Source: Torpedo marmorata (taxonomy: Eukaryota). From it: a stretch of 64,000 nucleotides of DNA. The stretch is from contig OZ360220.1 of assembly GCA_977017645.1 (NCBI GenBank), forward strand, positions 262,136,001 to 262,200,000. Reading direction: 5' to 3'. Shown in pieces: positions 11,646 to 25,500 of this stretch (position 1 is its first letter; every line of letters starts with the position of its first letter). The translations under genes were made by a program, and so were the position numbers. A model generated the notes under the pieces. It saw nothing but the letters and a program-made list of their open reading frames with translations, was not told the origin of the DNA and ran no database searches.

Positions 11646-13332
11646 CCGTATATTTCGGCGTATAAGTCGACCGGCGGATAAGTCGACCCCCCTTTTTCAG
11701 CCTCATTTTAATGGTTTTATCATATATCGGGCGTATAAGTCAACCCCCAAAAATCGCAATGACAGCTGTTGGGCGTTGGCTGAAGGTGGTTGTTATCATG
11801 GAGGCTCCAGCAAAACGACGAAAGTATGAAGTGAGTTTTAAGTTAAAAGTAATAGAAATGGCTAAGAAAACCAACAACTGTGCTTCTGCAAGAAAATTTG
11901 ATGTATATGAGAAGTTGGAAAGAGATTGGAGAAAGAAAGAAGAGACTTTAAGAAAAATACCAAAAAGGCAATGTTCGATGAGAAGAGGAATCACTCGTTG
12001 GCCAGAGTTGGAAAATCATGTCGCAGCATGGGTACGTGAACAGAGGCAAGATTGCTACATAGTCACGCAAAATAAAATAAGAGCATTTGCACTGAAGTAG
12101 GCAAAGTCGCACCCAGAACGCAGTAAAGATTTTGAAGCTACAGTAGGCTGGTGCAACCGTTTCATGAACAGGAAAAATCTGGTATTACGACAAAAAACAA
12201 AAATTGCTCAGAAACTACCAAAAGATCTTGATCATAAAATTGTAAGTTTTCACCAGTTTATTATACGTAACCGGCAGAAACACCAGTTTGCATTGGCAAA
12301 TATTGGAAACATGGACGAAACCCCCATGAATTTCGACATGATAGGCAATAGAACAATGGAATGTAAAGGTGTGAAAACTGTGCAAACCAGAAGTACAGGC
12401 CATGAAAGGACCAGGTTTACGGTGGTGTTATCGTGCATGGCCGACGGGACGAAGTTAAGACCCATGGTAATCTTAAAGCGCAAACTTAAACCTAAAATAA
12501 AATTCCCAGCAGGTATTTTTGTACATTTTCATGAAAAAGGATGGATGGATGAAAATGGTGTAAAACTATGAATAGTCAATGTGTGGAACAGGCGGCCAGG
12601 CGGTTTACGCAAGGAACGGAGTTTGCTGGTCTGGGATATGTTTCGTATCCACTTAACTGAGAAGACTAAAAGTAGATTAGCACTAAATAATACTTACATT
12701 GCGGTTATCCCGGGTGGTTTGATGTCTCTATTGCAACCTCTCGATGTCTGCTTGAACAAGCCATTCAAAGACCATGTGCGTGAAGAATGGAATACATGGA
12801 TGACGAGTGCAGAAAAATCGTTTACAAAAGGCGGGGCAATCCGTGCTGCATCACTTGATGTGCTGTGTGACTTTGTGCTCAAAGCATGGGATAAAGTGAA
12901 AGTAGAGACTAATAAAATCGTTTAAAAAGTGTGGTATCTCTTGTGAAATTGATGGTACGGAAGGTGATTTATTGTGGGACACTTGACGACGAATCTGAAG
13001 CCGCCTCATCAGATACAGACTGGGACCCGTATGATGACTGTTTAAAAACAGTGAGAGTATGGATGTGCTTGCCGCGATCTTTGCCTCAGACGATGATAGT
13101 GATTTTGAAGGGTTCTAAGTGTTTTTTTTTCAATAAAACTTTCAATGAAAATTTGTTGTAGTTAGTTTTTTTTTTGGTTTTTCAAGGGTTGACTTATACG
13201 CCGAATCGGTGTCCAGCGGTTTTTTGAGTTGAATTTAAGGTCTCAAAAATATATCTGGCGTATAAGTCGACACCCATTTTTTGAGAGATTTTTGAGGGTT
13301 TCAAGTCTCGACTTATACGCCGAAATATACGG
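11646..13332 (+). mobile_element. pogo-family DNA transposon (DD35D, Passer/POGK-like), full length, 1687 bp
   Basis: TIRs CCGTATATTTCGGCGTATAAGTCGA / TCGACTTATACGCCGAAATATACGG; TA TSDs at 11644-45 and 13333-34; internal transposase. Confidence 0.93.
11798..13120 (+). pseudogene. pogo transposase (Brinker-like DBD, CENP-B/Tc5 HTH, DDE_1) with 2 nonsense codons and C-terminal frameshift(s)
   Basis: ORFs 11711-12100, 12164-12571 and 12581-12925 are in one frame, split by TAG (12098) and TGA (12569). Motifs NMDETP, LLVWD-x35-D (QPLDVCLNKPFK); frameshift near 12912 before KSFKKCGIS. Confidence 0.88.
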
Positions 13333-13744
13333 TATATTAATGCTAACGGGAGAAACAAATCAGATCTGCGACATTCTAATTTACAGTATTTTAACCATAG
13401 AAAAGTACAATATTATATGGATGTGTTAGAAGATGATTTTCTTAATGTATCATAAATTGACTTGACCTGCACCACAGTCAAATATTTCTTGTAATTTAGT
13501 TAAAATGTGACATTGGATAAATGGAAATTAAAAACTGAAGGTGACACCTGATAGATGTACATTTGGGAAAATGCTTTGGAAAAAGAGCTTGTCCATATTA
13601 AGCCTAAGTTCGTGTGGCACAAGATATTGGTGTACTATGCAATCAGTTATTTAATGTATTAATAAAGCATACAATAATGGATTATTATTCCAGAAGTTTC
13701 ACGTGAATGCCATGCATTCTAAGGGACATTGCATCTTATGTAAT

Positions 13745-15450
13745 GCTAAACACAACATGCTGGAGGAACTCAGCTGGTTGTGTGTAATTGGTGGGAGAAG
13801 AAGAATGGTCAACGAATTGGGCCAAAACCGGGACTGGGGATGTGGAGAACGGAAGTTAGTGTAAAGAGGACCGAGGCCTATGTGGGATTGGTGAACCAGG
13901 GAGAAGTGAAGCATGATGAACAGAGGCAGCATGCCAGACAAAGGAAGAGAGAGTAGGTCAAATGGAGGAAGGTTAGCCATACAGGGTGGAGTGGGTGATT
14001 AGAAGATAAAGGCTACCAGTACTGGAATGTGATAAGAAGAGGAGTGACAATGGTAGCATAAGCAGAGATCAGATGAAACTAAAGGAGGGGCCCCACTGAA
14101 CATAGCTCCTCTTATCTTAACTTTGTCATCTTTCCTCTTGTCCAGTCCCTTCTCACCTACATGCGGGATACCTCCCATGCTTTTCACCATGTTGACAACT
14201 TCTGATTCCTTGGTCCTCACCTTCACCATGGATGTCCAGTCTCTATCCACCTTCACCCCCTTCTTCCTGAAACAACATTCTAAGAGGGTTCCCCTCTTCA
14301 TCTGCCTGGCAGAATTTGTTCTCGCACTTAATAACTTTTGATGCCTCTCATTTCCTTCAAATCAAAGGTGTAGCAATTGGCACTTGCTTGGGTCCCAGCT
14401 ATGCCTGCCTTTTTGTTGGTTACGTGGAACAGTCTTTGTCCAAACCTAACACAGAACCACCTGCCAAATCTTTCTCCACTACATCGATGACTGGATTAGG
14501 GCTGCTTCCTGCACCTGTATAGAACACATTAATTTTACCAACTTTGCTACTAATCTCCACCCCACTCTGAAATTCACTTTGGCCATTTCTCTTCCCCCTC
14601 TAGATCTCTGACTCCATCTCAGGAGACAAGCTATATATTGACATTTATTACACTGACTCCTACAACTACCTTGACTACACCTCTTCTCAATCTATCACCT
14701 GTAAGGATGCCATCCATTTCTCCACCTCCACCACATCTGCTCTCAAGATGATGCCTTGCATTCCAGGATGTCTGAAATGTCCTTTTTCAATCAACGAGGC
14801 AAGAGCCATTTCTTGCATTTCCTCTGTTTCTCAGGTTCTGCTCTTATTCCAGAGCAATTTCTTGCAATTCCTCTGTTTCTTAGGTTCTGCTCTTATTCCC
14901 CCACCCCTCCAAACAGACAGGGATAGGGTTCCTCTTATCCTCACCTTTCACTCACCAATCTGCACATTTAACACCTTCCATCATTTCTGCTAGCTACAAC
15001 TAGACCCTACCACGAGACATATTTACTCTTCCCCTCCCCTTTCTGCGTTCTGCAAGGTTTGCTCCCTCCATGATTTCCTTGTCCACTCATCCTTCTTCAC
15101 CCACCTCTCAGTGTCCCCTGGTAATTTCCCCTGAAACCACAGGATGTGCAACACTTGCTCTAACACCACCTACCTTGCCACCATCCAGGGACTTAAATAG
15201 CCCTTCACACGAGGCAAAGATTCACGTGCACCTCCCCGAACCTCATCCACTGCACCCGGTGTAGCCTCCTCTACGTTGGTGTGGACCGTTTTGCAGAGCA
15301 TCTTTGGTCTATCTGCAGTGGTCATTCTGAGTAGCCGGTTGCATGCCATTTCAACTCTCTTTCTGTTCCCACACCGATTTCTCTGTCTTAAGCATTCTCC
15401 ACTGCCAGAGTGAAGCTCAATGTAAACTAGAGGAACAACACTTGTATTCA
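13745..15450 (+). mobile_element. Penelope-like element: inverted pLTR (13745-14100) plus degenerate RT and GIY-YIG
   Basis: FTMDVQSL, HFLQIKGVAIGTCLGPSYACLFVGYVEQSL, YIDD (tacatcgatgac), DRVPLILTFH and terminal KLEEQHL. Confidence 0.82.
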
Positions 15451-15538
15451 AAAACACAAAAGCTGCAGATGCTGGAATCTTGAGCAAAGAATTTCTGGAG
15501 GAACTCAGCAAATCAGACAGAATTCATGGGTAGAAATA

Positions 15539-15855
15539 GTAAAAGTCCTAATATTGGCTTGGTCCGGATTTTCCGGATTCTCGGGCAGAACTTTTAAAAT
15601 TCAAATTTAAGGAGAATAAACAGGTAAATTTTGATAGTTTATTCATGAAACATTTTTACATATAAAATACAAAGTACAAAAAACAAATACCGTAAATATT
15701 TTTCTTACATTTCCGCGACTTCTGCATGGTCGCTTGTTGCCGCTGTGCATCTGTGGTGCTCACGCACGCACGCACACAAAAGTCGAAAGTTTTCGAGAAG
15801 ACCGGATTCTCGGGTGGTATGGATTTCTGGCATCTGGATTTTTGGACTTTTACTG
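15539..15855. mobile_element. Tigger/pogo-like MITE inserted in a Penelope tail
   Basis: TIR (CA)GTAAAAGTCC / GGACTTTTACTG with TA on both flanks; the empty site gggtagaaaTAgtc is present in the related tail at 42420-42433. Confidence 0.75.
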
Positions 15856-16014
15856 TAGTCAGTCATTGTTTCTGAACTTTTTATTAAGACCAAGATAAAA
15901 AAGGTAACATTACATACATAAAAGGATAAAAGCTAAAGGAGAGGCCCAGATGGTGTGAGAGGTGGAGACACACCTCTTGAGGCATCTCTTGCAAAACATT
16001 CCTCATTAAAATAG

Positions 16015-16440
16015 CATGTAATGATAGTCAGTTTTTCGTCATATACATTGTATAAATACACCAACATTCTTGCTGCAGTTGAACGGGTACTTTGTAAAAT
16101 AAAACTACAAAAACAACTATAAAACAGCTACTGTACACTTAATTGAATTAAAAAGAGACAATAAAAAAAAAGCTAATAAATATTCAGTTATCCTAGTGCA
16201 AAAAAAAGTGACTTTGCGATAGTGCAGACACAATCCTTTTCAGGCGTCGAAGCTGTCCCTGATTAGCATGGAGGAGGATATGTTGGCAGTTCACACTGAT
16301 TGGGGCCTGCCACTAAGGAAGTTGAGGATCCAGTTGCAGAGGAACAGAGTCCCAGATCCTTTAGTTTGGTCACAATTTTGCTGGTATGATGGTGTTGAAC
16401 GCCATCTGTAGTCAATTAACACAACAGCCTGACGTAGGTG
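16015..16440 (-). mobile_element. Rex1/Babar-type LINE fragments
   Basis: LCNWILNFLSGRPQSV on the minus strand; 3' UTR-like sequence near 16020-16240. Confidence 0.55.
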
Positions 16441-17369
16441 ATCCTGTGGTCTGTGCATGCAGATGTCCTTGTTTGGGAAACAAAACAAAGAAAATTGTTA
16501 GGATTTTTTGTTTACAAGAGTTACTGATTGAAAGCTAACTGAAATCTCTATATACTCAGTGGAAGCAAAAATTGATCAGTTTATACAATTACTAATATGG
16601 AATTAGTTTTAAAATCTAATCTGAATTCCTTCACAAGAAAGCTATCCACCTTATTCATGAAATGTCTGCAATGGCTTCACCACCCTTCTGAAAAGGTATA
16701 TTGTTCCTTATCTGCATTTTTATTTGAGCATTTCTTAAATTTAATACAGGCAGAACAAGACTTCTGCTTTATTATTGGCTAATACCCTCAATAATTATGA
16801 GGTTTTCTGCACTGCATGCAGAAGAGGCAGGGGATCTGTCCTTGCAGGATATTAACCAGAGAAGAGATGAACAAAATAATTAACACATACATTTAACATG
16901 CATCTTGTATGTTGGAAATGTAGCAAATCAGGTTTACTGCAAAGGACTTATAAATCATCATCTGTACAATTCATACGCTTGGTCAGATATAAAAAAGAGA
17001 CACAAAACAACAGAACAAAAGAAGGGATTTATGTTATTCAAAATTATTGTACATCTGATAAACCTTCTGTTAATATTTTTAAGTAATTTAGTAATCCAAA
17101 GCTGAAGTATTTTGGTTATTATTCATAGCTGCTGCAATAGTAGAGCTATTCAGCTGGAACTCGTTGCATATCACAAAATTTTCAAATTTTGCTAGTTGTA
17201 CATGTCCAACACATCTAAGGGTTTGCGTATGTAAAACAAAAGTATTTTATTTTTTTATTTGTTTAAAAGTTAAAAAGCATGTTTAGGACGGTAATCTTTG
17301 CCAGCTTGGGTCCACCCTGCTTCACTCCAGGCCTAGAACCGTGGAAGGGCGCTGGAGAAATTGTTGATG

Positions 17370-18162
17370 GAGATGGCGGCACTGGCCGAGCCACTGTAAC
17401 GGCAGTGCTGCCGCTGTTGCGTTCCCGCGGGAGCGAGGAGCGGAGATACAGCGCTCCCGCAGGGTCCAACCGCCCAGTCGACTGCCATCAGCTCCGCACG
17501 GGCTTTGAACGTCCCGTTAAAGGAGCCGACTGTAGTTTTATTTAAAATCCCGAGACCGCGGGGTCTGCGCCCAAGATGGCAGCGCCTCTGATCGGCAGCA
17601 GCCACGAGGGGTTGCAGACTCAAGGGGAGCGGAGATCTGGCGCAGGGCACCAGAAAACAGGGAGACCATTCCCCCGTCTGAGAAGGAGAAGCAGAGGAGA
17701 AGACCCACGAGACGGTGACCACGGCGGCGGAACAGTGAGGGGGCTCTGCGGCTGAAAGACCAATGCATGCGGCGGGCTGCTGGCGACTCGAGGCAAGGAA
17801 CCCGCGGAGGCTGCGGACTGCTGGAGACTTGCTCGAACTGGCTGAAGGGGTACCAGGTATCGGAACCGGGATGTAGGGGGTGCCGAAGGCGCTGAAGGGT
17901 TCCTGACCGTGTCGTAGGTTCGGATCTGGAGCTCGGGTTGCCAATGGTTTGGACTGGACTCTGTGTGGCTGCGGAAGCGCTGGAGGCGAATCTACGGACA
18001 CTCGGTGACTGGGGGGACTCTCTTTTGCTTCTCTTTCTCTGACTGTAAGAGGCGCTTCAGGCAATTTCTGCCGATGGCGAATCTGTCTGACTTACCGCAG
18101 GCAAAAGGAATTTCGTGTAATATGACACTGTTTTATTGCATGACAATAAATTGAATCTTGAA
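17370..18162 (+). mobile_element. GC-rich non-autonomous non-LTR retroelement, copy B
   Basis: Collinear with 3625-4410; same AATAAATTGAATCTTGAA tail. 5' boundary uncertain (may extend to ~17280). Confidence 0.8.
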
Positions 18163-18880
18163 GTCTTTCAAAATGTCGTGTATTTCAATATATCAGATAA
18201 AATGGTTTTTTTTCTGTCTCTACTGTGGTTTAATCTGCTGGAAAAAAAATTAATGCTATTATGGTTCCCTATAAAGCTTGATGTGATGCATTAATGGTTG
18301 ATTTTAATACCTTTTAAATAAATTTAATAAAATATTGATTTAATAATGATTTTTAAAATTTTATCTTGTGGATTCCTCAATTTTTCACTTTCAAACGTTA
18401 CCATAAGTACTTTTTAGTGTGATTATTTCATGAACTGCCATCAAATAAAGGTGTGGTAATGTTTATATTTACATTACAACCACTAATTTTGTAATCTCAT
18501 AAACACTATTGCTTCTATTTTTTAATGTACCCATGTATTAACATGTGGTAAGGTGTTGAACATTGTACAAATAAACTATGAGAAAGGCTAATTTTGCAAA
18601 ATTAATAGCTTATTGAAACGAGCAATTGTTCTTCTGAACACTGTTCAATCTAAACAGTTAGTCTGCTGCAGTGTATCGCATGAATAATTGGGATTGAAGT
18701 GATGGCTCATCTTGGTTGTTTTTACCAGGTGTATATTTCAGTTATACAGTTAAATATTCAATCCAGAATATTATCACTTGTTGCATTGGGTTATAGCAAT
18801 GCTTTTGATCTGATTTTTTTTTGTTTAGTCTTAAGTAAATGAAAGGTTGCTTCATCTGTCAATGTTCAACAATCTGTTCA

Positions 18881-19202
18881 ATCTGTACTTATAATTTACG
18901 TAATAAATATCATTTCTTTTTGAAAATATGCAGCCCATATATAAAAACTGTCGGTTTAACGATTTGAAGATCTCTGGATATCAGATCTGACTGGTGAACC
19001 TGTGTTCCACAATAAAATGATCTTATAGTTGTTCTTTTTTATTGACATTTTCCTTACTTTATCTTTTTCTTTCTTTCTATTTTATTAGAATAGTAGGGGT
19101 GGGGAGGGGGGGGTGAAAATGATCACATGTATTTTGATAATTTTGCATTTTTGTATTATTGAGTGATTTAAAATTTTAAATAAAATAGTTAAAAAAAAAA
19201 AC
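18881..19202 (+). mobile_element. Short 5'-truncated L1 (same subfamily as the 53.3 kb and 61.2 kb copies)
   Basis: Encodes TYNLRNKYHFFLKICSPYIKTVGLTI*; G-rich 3' UTR and poly(A); TSD caatctgttca at 18870-18880 and 19203-19213. Confidence 0.8.
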
Positions 19203-19533
19203 CAATCTGTTCACTGAAGAATTCACACTCAGTAAAGAAAATTGTATGTTGTGCTTTTCATTTTCAAATGCTGTAGGAAGGGTGGAAAAAGTAACTGGCT
19301 TTGCATGATTTGTGCCTCCTGCTGTCTGATTGTTACTGGGGCATGGAGAATTCAACAGTCCAGACTTGTCCTACCTCTTGATTGAAAAATGATACATGGA
19401 GGGTTCCAGTGACGTCATCGTTCAGGATGGCATCCTAAAATAACAGCTCCTCCGGAAAAACAATTATTTTGCCTCGTTAATCTGCCAAATACAAGATTTC
19501 TCAAAAATGTATGAACTGATAAAGGAGGCAAGA

Positions 19534-22041
19534 ATGGGGAAAAGAAATGGAGATAAAAAAAGCGTCACTGCTGAGCCTGTGGACGAGGGGAGTGCAATGA
19601 ACAACTCTCCTACACGGGCACGTGATAACGAAGCTGACATTGGGCCTTGTTTACATAGAAAACATAGACTTAGAAAACATAGAAAAATAGGTGCAGGAGT
19701 AGGCCATTCGGCCCTTTGAGCCTGCCCTGCCATTCAGTATGATCATGGCTGATCATCCAACTCAATACCCTGTACCTGCTTTCTCACCATACCCACTGAT
19801 CCCCTTAGCCACAAGGACCACATCTAACTCCCTCTTAAATATAGCCAATGAACTGGCCTCTACTGTTTCCTGTGGCAGAGAATTCCACAGATTCACCACT
19901 CTGTGTGAAGAAACTTTTCCTCATCTCAGTCCTAAAATATTTCCCCCTTATCCTTAAACTGTGACCCCTGGTTCTAGACTTTCCCAACATCGGGAACAAT
20001 CTTCCTGCATCTAGCCTATCCAATCCCTTAAGAATTTTATATGTTTCAATAAGATCCCCCCTCAATCTTCGAAATTCCAGCGAGTATAAGCCTAGTCGGC
20101 CAAGTCTTTCTTCATATGAAAGTCCTGCCATCCCAGGAATCAATCTGGTGAATCTTCTCTGCACACCCTCTATGGCAAGAATGTCTTTCCTCAGATTAGG
20201 AGACCAAAACTGTACACAGTACTCCAGATGTGGTCTCACCAAGGCCCTGTACAACTGCAGCAGAACCTCCCTGCTCCTGTACTCGAATCCCCTTTGCTAT
20301 AAATGCCAACATACCATTCGCCTTTTTCACTGCCTGCTGTACCTGCATACCCACTTTCAATGACTGGTGTACAATGACACCCAGGTCTCTTGCACCTCTC
20401 CTTTTCCTAATCGGCCACCATTCAGATAATAATCTGTTTTCCTGTTCTTGCCACCAAAGTGGATAACCTCACATTTATCCATATTATACTGCATCTGCTA
20501 TGCATTTGCCCACTCACCCAACCTATCCAAGTCCCCCTGCATCCTCCTCACAGCTAATACTGACGCCCAGCTTCGTGTCATCCGCAAACTTGGAGATCTT
20601 GCATTCAATCCCCTTGTCTAAATCATTAATATATATTGTAAATAACTGGGGTCCCAGCACCGGGCCTTGCGCTACCCCGCTAGTAACTGCCCGCCATTCT
20701 GAAAAGGACCCGTTTATTCCCACTCTCTGCCTCCTGTCTGCCAACCAATTCTCTGTCCACATCAATACCATACCCCCAATACCGTGTGCTTTAAGTTTGC
20801 ACACTAATCTCTTGTGTGGGACCTTATCAAAAGCCTTTTGAAAATCCAAATATACCACATCCACTGGTTCTCCCTTATCTACTCTACTAGTTACATCCTC
20901 TAAAAATTCTATAAGATTCGTCAGACATGATTTTCCTTTCATAAATCCATGCTGACTTAGTCCGATGATTTCACCGCTTTCCAAATGTGCTGTTATCACA
21001 TCTTTAATAACTGACTAGCATTTTCCCTACTATCGACATCAGGCTAACTGGTCTATAATTCCTCGTTTTCTCTCTCCCTCCCTTTTTGAAAAGTGGGGTT
21101 ACATTAGCTACCCTCTAATCCTCAGGAACTACTCCAGAATCAAAAGGGTTTTGAAAAGTTTTTAAAGAGTTTAGGCGAAGCAGCAAACCTAATAAAAATT
21201 CTGGAAGAGATAAGGGAATTTCAAAAAGACATAAAAACAGCAACTAAATGATATCAAGTCAGAGCTCACCATCGCTAATCGGAAAATAGAGGTGGCAGAG
21301 ACACGAATTGAAAAGGTGGAAGATTGAGTTCAAAATGTGGAACGGATGCTAAGTAAGATGATAACTGTATTAAACCAACAAGAAAATAAACTACTCGATC
21401 AAGAAGGAAGGTCACGACAGAAGAATATTAGGATATATAATGTTCCCGAAGGTCCGGAGGGGATGTCTATGGTGGAGTTTGTAGAAAAGTTACTACGGGA
21501 CACGCTGGAGATTCCCCCGAATACAGAATTTGAGATTGAGAGAGCACATCGTGCACTCGTCCCAAGACCTTCTGGAGACAAGGAAGATAAACCATGGTCA
21601 ATAGTAATCAGATTCCTTTGGTACAAAACCAAAGCAGAGATTCTGCGCAGGGCCTGGGGAAAGAAGAAGGTATTTTTGAATGGGAAATTAATATATTTTG
21701 ATCAAGATTACCCCTCAGCGGACCTGCAGAAACGTAAGGAATATTCTGAAGCAAAGCGAGTATTAAAGCAAAGAAAGATTAGCTTGCAGACTCCATACCC
21801 TGCTAAACTGCGAGTGTTTTATGAAGACGGGACGCGGCTGTATCAGACAGTGGAAGAAGCGACTGCAGACATGAAGGACAGAGGGTTGTCCGTCAGCGTG
21901 GTCAAACCAAGGGAAAGCCTGTCTGAGCAGCTATCCCGCTCTATTTGGGAAATAGTGACAGAATCGAGAAAGCAGGGGACAGGAGGAGGGCGAGAGAAGA
22001 ATATCAGGAAGAGACTATGAGTTTTCAGAAGACAGACCTCA
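19534..22041 (+). pseudogene. L1 ORF1p (coiled coil + RRM), interrupted by a CR1 insertion
   Basis: MGKRNGDKKS..GPCL|GEAANLIKILEEIREFQKDI rejoins in frame across the insertion; RSRQKNIRIYNVPEG, IERAHR, YFDQDY, YPAKLRV motifs. Confidence 0.85.
19654..21168 (-). mobile_element. CR1 LINE 3' portion nested in L1 ORF1
   Basis: QHGFMKGKSCLTNL, VVYLDFQKAFDKVPH, SKFADDTKL, YRALVRPHLEYCVQFWSP; (catagaaa)n tail; GTTTA duplicated at 19649-53 and 21169-73. Confidence 0.9.
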
Positions 22042-22515
22042 CCCCCTCCAGAAGAGTCATAAGATCTGACTAATTTCAAAAGTGTTGATAAGCTAAACAG
22101 AAGCAAAAATAGACTGTGCTATACTTATTTCAAAAAGCACATATTACAAGGGGGTCTTTATATTACTTAATTATTTTATTTTTTTATTCATTCATTCACT
22201 CCTCTTTCCCCATATAAATGAGAATATATACATGGGAGGAATACACAGGGAAGACTATAATGGACATAGTTTTTTTCATTTACTTTTGTGGGTACTGCAA
22301 TGGGGGCCCTCAACTCACAGGTAAGAGAGACTGTCCCCCACAGCTAGACGCTTTCTCTAGCCCAATTCAGGGTCATTTACTGAAGACCCCAGGCTTGGAA
22401 TCAAACTTTCGTTGCCTTTTTTTCACTCACGTTTCTTGGTTCGTGTCTGTTCAGGGAGTAGATCGATTAAGCTATATTCTGCTAATTTCAATGATATATT
22501 GACAGATAAATACAC

Positions 22516-25500
22516 ATGGTTAAGGATAAGGTAAAATTCATTTCTTTTAATGTTAATGGGCTGTTAAATCCAATCAAACGTAGTAAAATTCGATCTAAAA
22601 TGAAGAAAGAACAAGCCCATGTAGTATATTTACAGGAAACTCATTTAAATGATAATGAGCATGGAAAACTAAAGAGAATGTGCTTCACTAATTTGTTTTT
22701 CTCCTCATATAAATCAGGACATAGGAGAGGAGTTGCTATTCTCATCTCAAGCAAGCTAAATTTTGAAAAAGTATTCGAAATGAAGATAAGGCGGGCAGAT
22801 ATATTCTAGTAAAGGAGAATATAGACGGGAATCCAGTTACTTTATTGAATATATACGAACCTCCAAGAAGTGATATTCGTTTCTTCCAGAAAATTACTAA
22901 TATTATGGTAGCAGAAACAGAAGGTCTCTTGATATGTGGGGGAGACTTAAATTTACAATTACAACCAAAGTTAGACTCTTCCAATAAAAAAAACATGAAA
23001 TAAAGTCTTTGCATAAGAAAGTTATCACACTTTTTGAGGATATTGGACTAATTGATATATGGAGGGATCTTTCCCCGACAGAAGGGATTACACTCATTAC
23101 TCTGCCCCCATTCTTTATATACAAGAATAGACTATTTCATAACATTTGGAAAAGATAAAGACAAAATAAACACCCGTGGAATTGGGATAATAGATATAAG
23201 TGACCATGCACCCATATATTTATCTATTGATTTTGATCAACAACCAAAGAATACTATTTGGAAACTAAATTCAAATCTACTCAATGATCCCTATTTTAAG
23301 GAACAAATTAAAAAAGAAATTGATCTTTACTTAGAATTCAACAATAATGGAGAGGTTTTATCTCCTATTTTATGGGATACTCTGAAAGCTGTCTTAAGAG
23401 GGAAAATTATAGTGATATCTTCATATAAGAAAAAAATAAAGAATAAAACATTAGAGGAATTACAAAATAAGCTGAAGGAACTGGAAAAAAACACAAATTG
23501 AGTTTGGCACAGGATACATTAGAGGAAATAAAAAAAATTAGGAATTAAATTAATAGTTTGGCTACACAAGAAATCAGGAAAAATTTAATGTTTCTGAAAC
23601 AGAGACATTATGAAAGTGGATCTAAATCTATGAAAATATTGGCATGGAAACTGAGAAAAAAGATAGCGGAAAATACAATTCATAGAGTTAAGGATCCAAG
23701 AACAAAAGTGATAAAAAATAAGCTAAGTGAAATTCAAGAAGCTTTTGAAGGGTTTTATAAAACTCTATATTCCAAAGTTTCCGGGGGAAGCATAACCCAA
23801 ATTGAAATTCCTTGAATTCTTTAGAGTTACCTATTTTAAGCGAAGAACAAAATAGAACGTTGACTGTTGACATAACTGAAGTTGAACTAAAAATTGCAAT
23901 TAGTAGGCTTAAATTTAACAAGTCACCAGGATCAGATGGATATACGGCAGTGAGGTATAAAGAATTTAAAAATGAGTTAATTCCTGTTTTACTCCCCACA
24001 TTGAACTGGGCTTTAAAAAAGGCGCAAATGCCACCCAGTTGGAAGGAGGCGATAATCACAGCTATACCGAAAGAAGGCAAGGATAAAATGGAACGTGGGT
24101 CATTTAGACCAATATCTGTTCTTAATGTAGATTATAAATTATTTATCTCCATTATGGCCAAATGATTAGAAGAGTTTTTACCTACATTGATACATAATAA
24201 TCAGACAGGTTTTATACAACAACGCCAAACAAGACAATATACGAAGGACACTTCACACTATGGATATATACAAAAAAATAAAATTAAAGCAATAGTTATT
24301 AGCGTGGATACTGAAAAGACATTTGATTCGATTAACTGGAATTTTCTTTACAGAGTTTTACATAGATTTGGTTTACATGATACAATTATTAAAACTATAC
24401 AGGCACTATATGACAATCCTACTGCTAGGGTCAAAATCAATGGATATTTATCAAATAGTTTTATACTGGAAAGGGGTACAAGACAGGGTTGTGCATGGTC
24501 ACCACTACTCTTTGCATTATATTTGCAACCATTAGCTCAATACATCAGGCAGAATGAGGATATCAGGGGAATTACTATTAAAGGGTCAAAGCATAAATTG
24601 GCCTGTTATGCGGATGACATTTTGATATATTTAGGGCAACCAACATACTCTTTACCTAAATTGATGCAATCCTTTGAACGATATGGTCAATTATCAGGAT
24701 ACAAGATTGACATAGATAAAACCCAATTACTCTCATATAACTATAGCCCACCAAGAGAAATTGAAAGTAGATATCTCTGGGCATGGCAAACAGAGTCTGT
24801 TAAGTATTTGGGCATCATTATGCCAAAAGATTTGGCAAAATTATTAGAATGCAATTATTTGCCTCTATATAAAAAAATTAAGGAAGATATTATAAGATGG
24901 AACCTAATTCCTTTTTTTAATCTCAGTTCAAGGATTGAAGCAATTAAAATAAATATATTGCCCAGACTATTATATCTTTTTCAGACCCTACCAATAGAGA
25001 TTAACCAAAATCGATTCAATGAATGGGATAAAATGTTATTAAGATATATATGGCAAAAGGTAAAAGGCCTAGAGTTCGTCTCAAAACTTTGCAATTAGCC
25101 AAGGAAAAGGGAGGATGGGGCCTACCTTCTCTTAAAGATTATTATTTTGCAGCACAGTTGAGAGCTGTGATATGCTGCCCAAATGGAAAGTATCTTCTCA
25201 ATATTTTTCCATTGAGCATCATATGATGCTCAATGGAAAAATATTGAGAAGATACTTTCCATCCCCATACAGGCAATTTTGGCTGATAACAACCTGATAA
25301 GATATTTTATTACACCCTCTCAAAAATCCCATTATGATAGTAACCTCCCTGTTTGCTGGAGAAATTGTGGAAATCAAAATGCAAACCATTACCATATTTT
25401 TTGGGACTGCCCTGTTATCAAAGATTATTGGAGTGGGATACACAATGCCTTACAAGATGTTTTTAAATGTGAAATACCCTTAGAAAGTAAGACCATATAT

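Noticed and set aside
17333-18064. 243-aa and other overlapping ORFs in the GC-rich element
   Set aside because: Frames are not conserved between copies A and B; stop-poor GC-rich sequence; no domain motifs.
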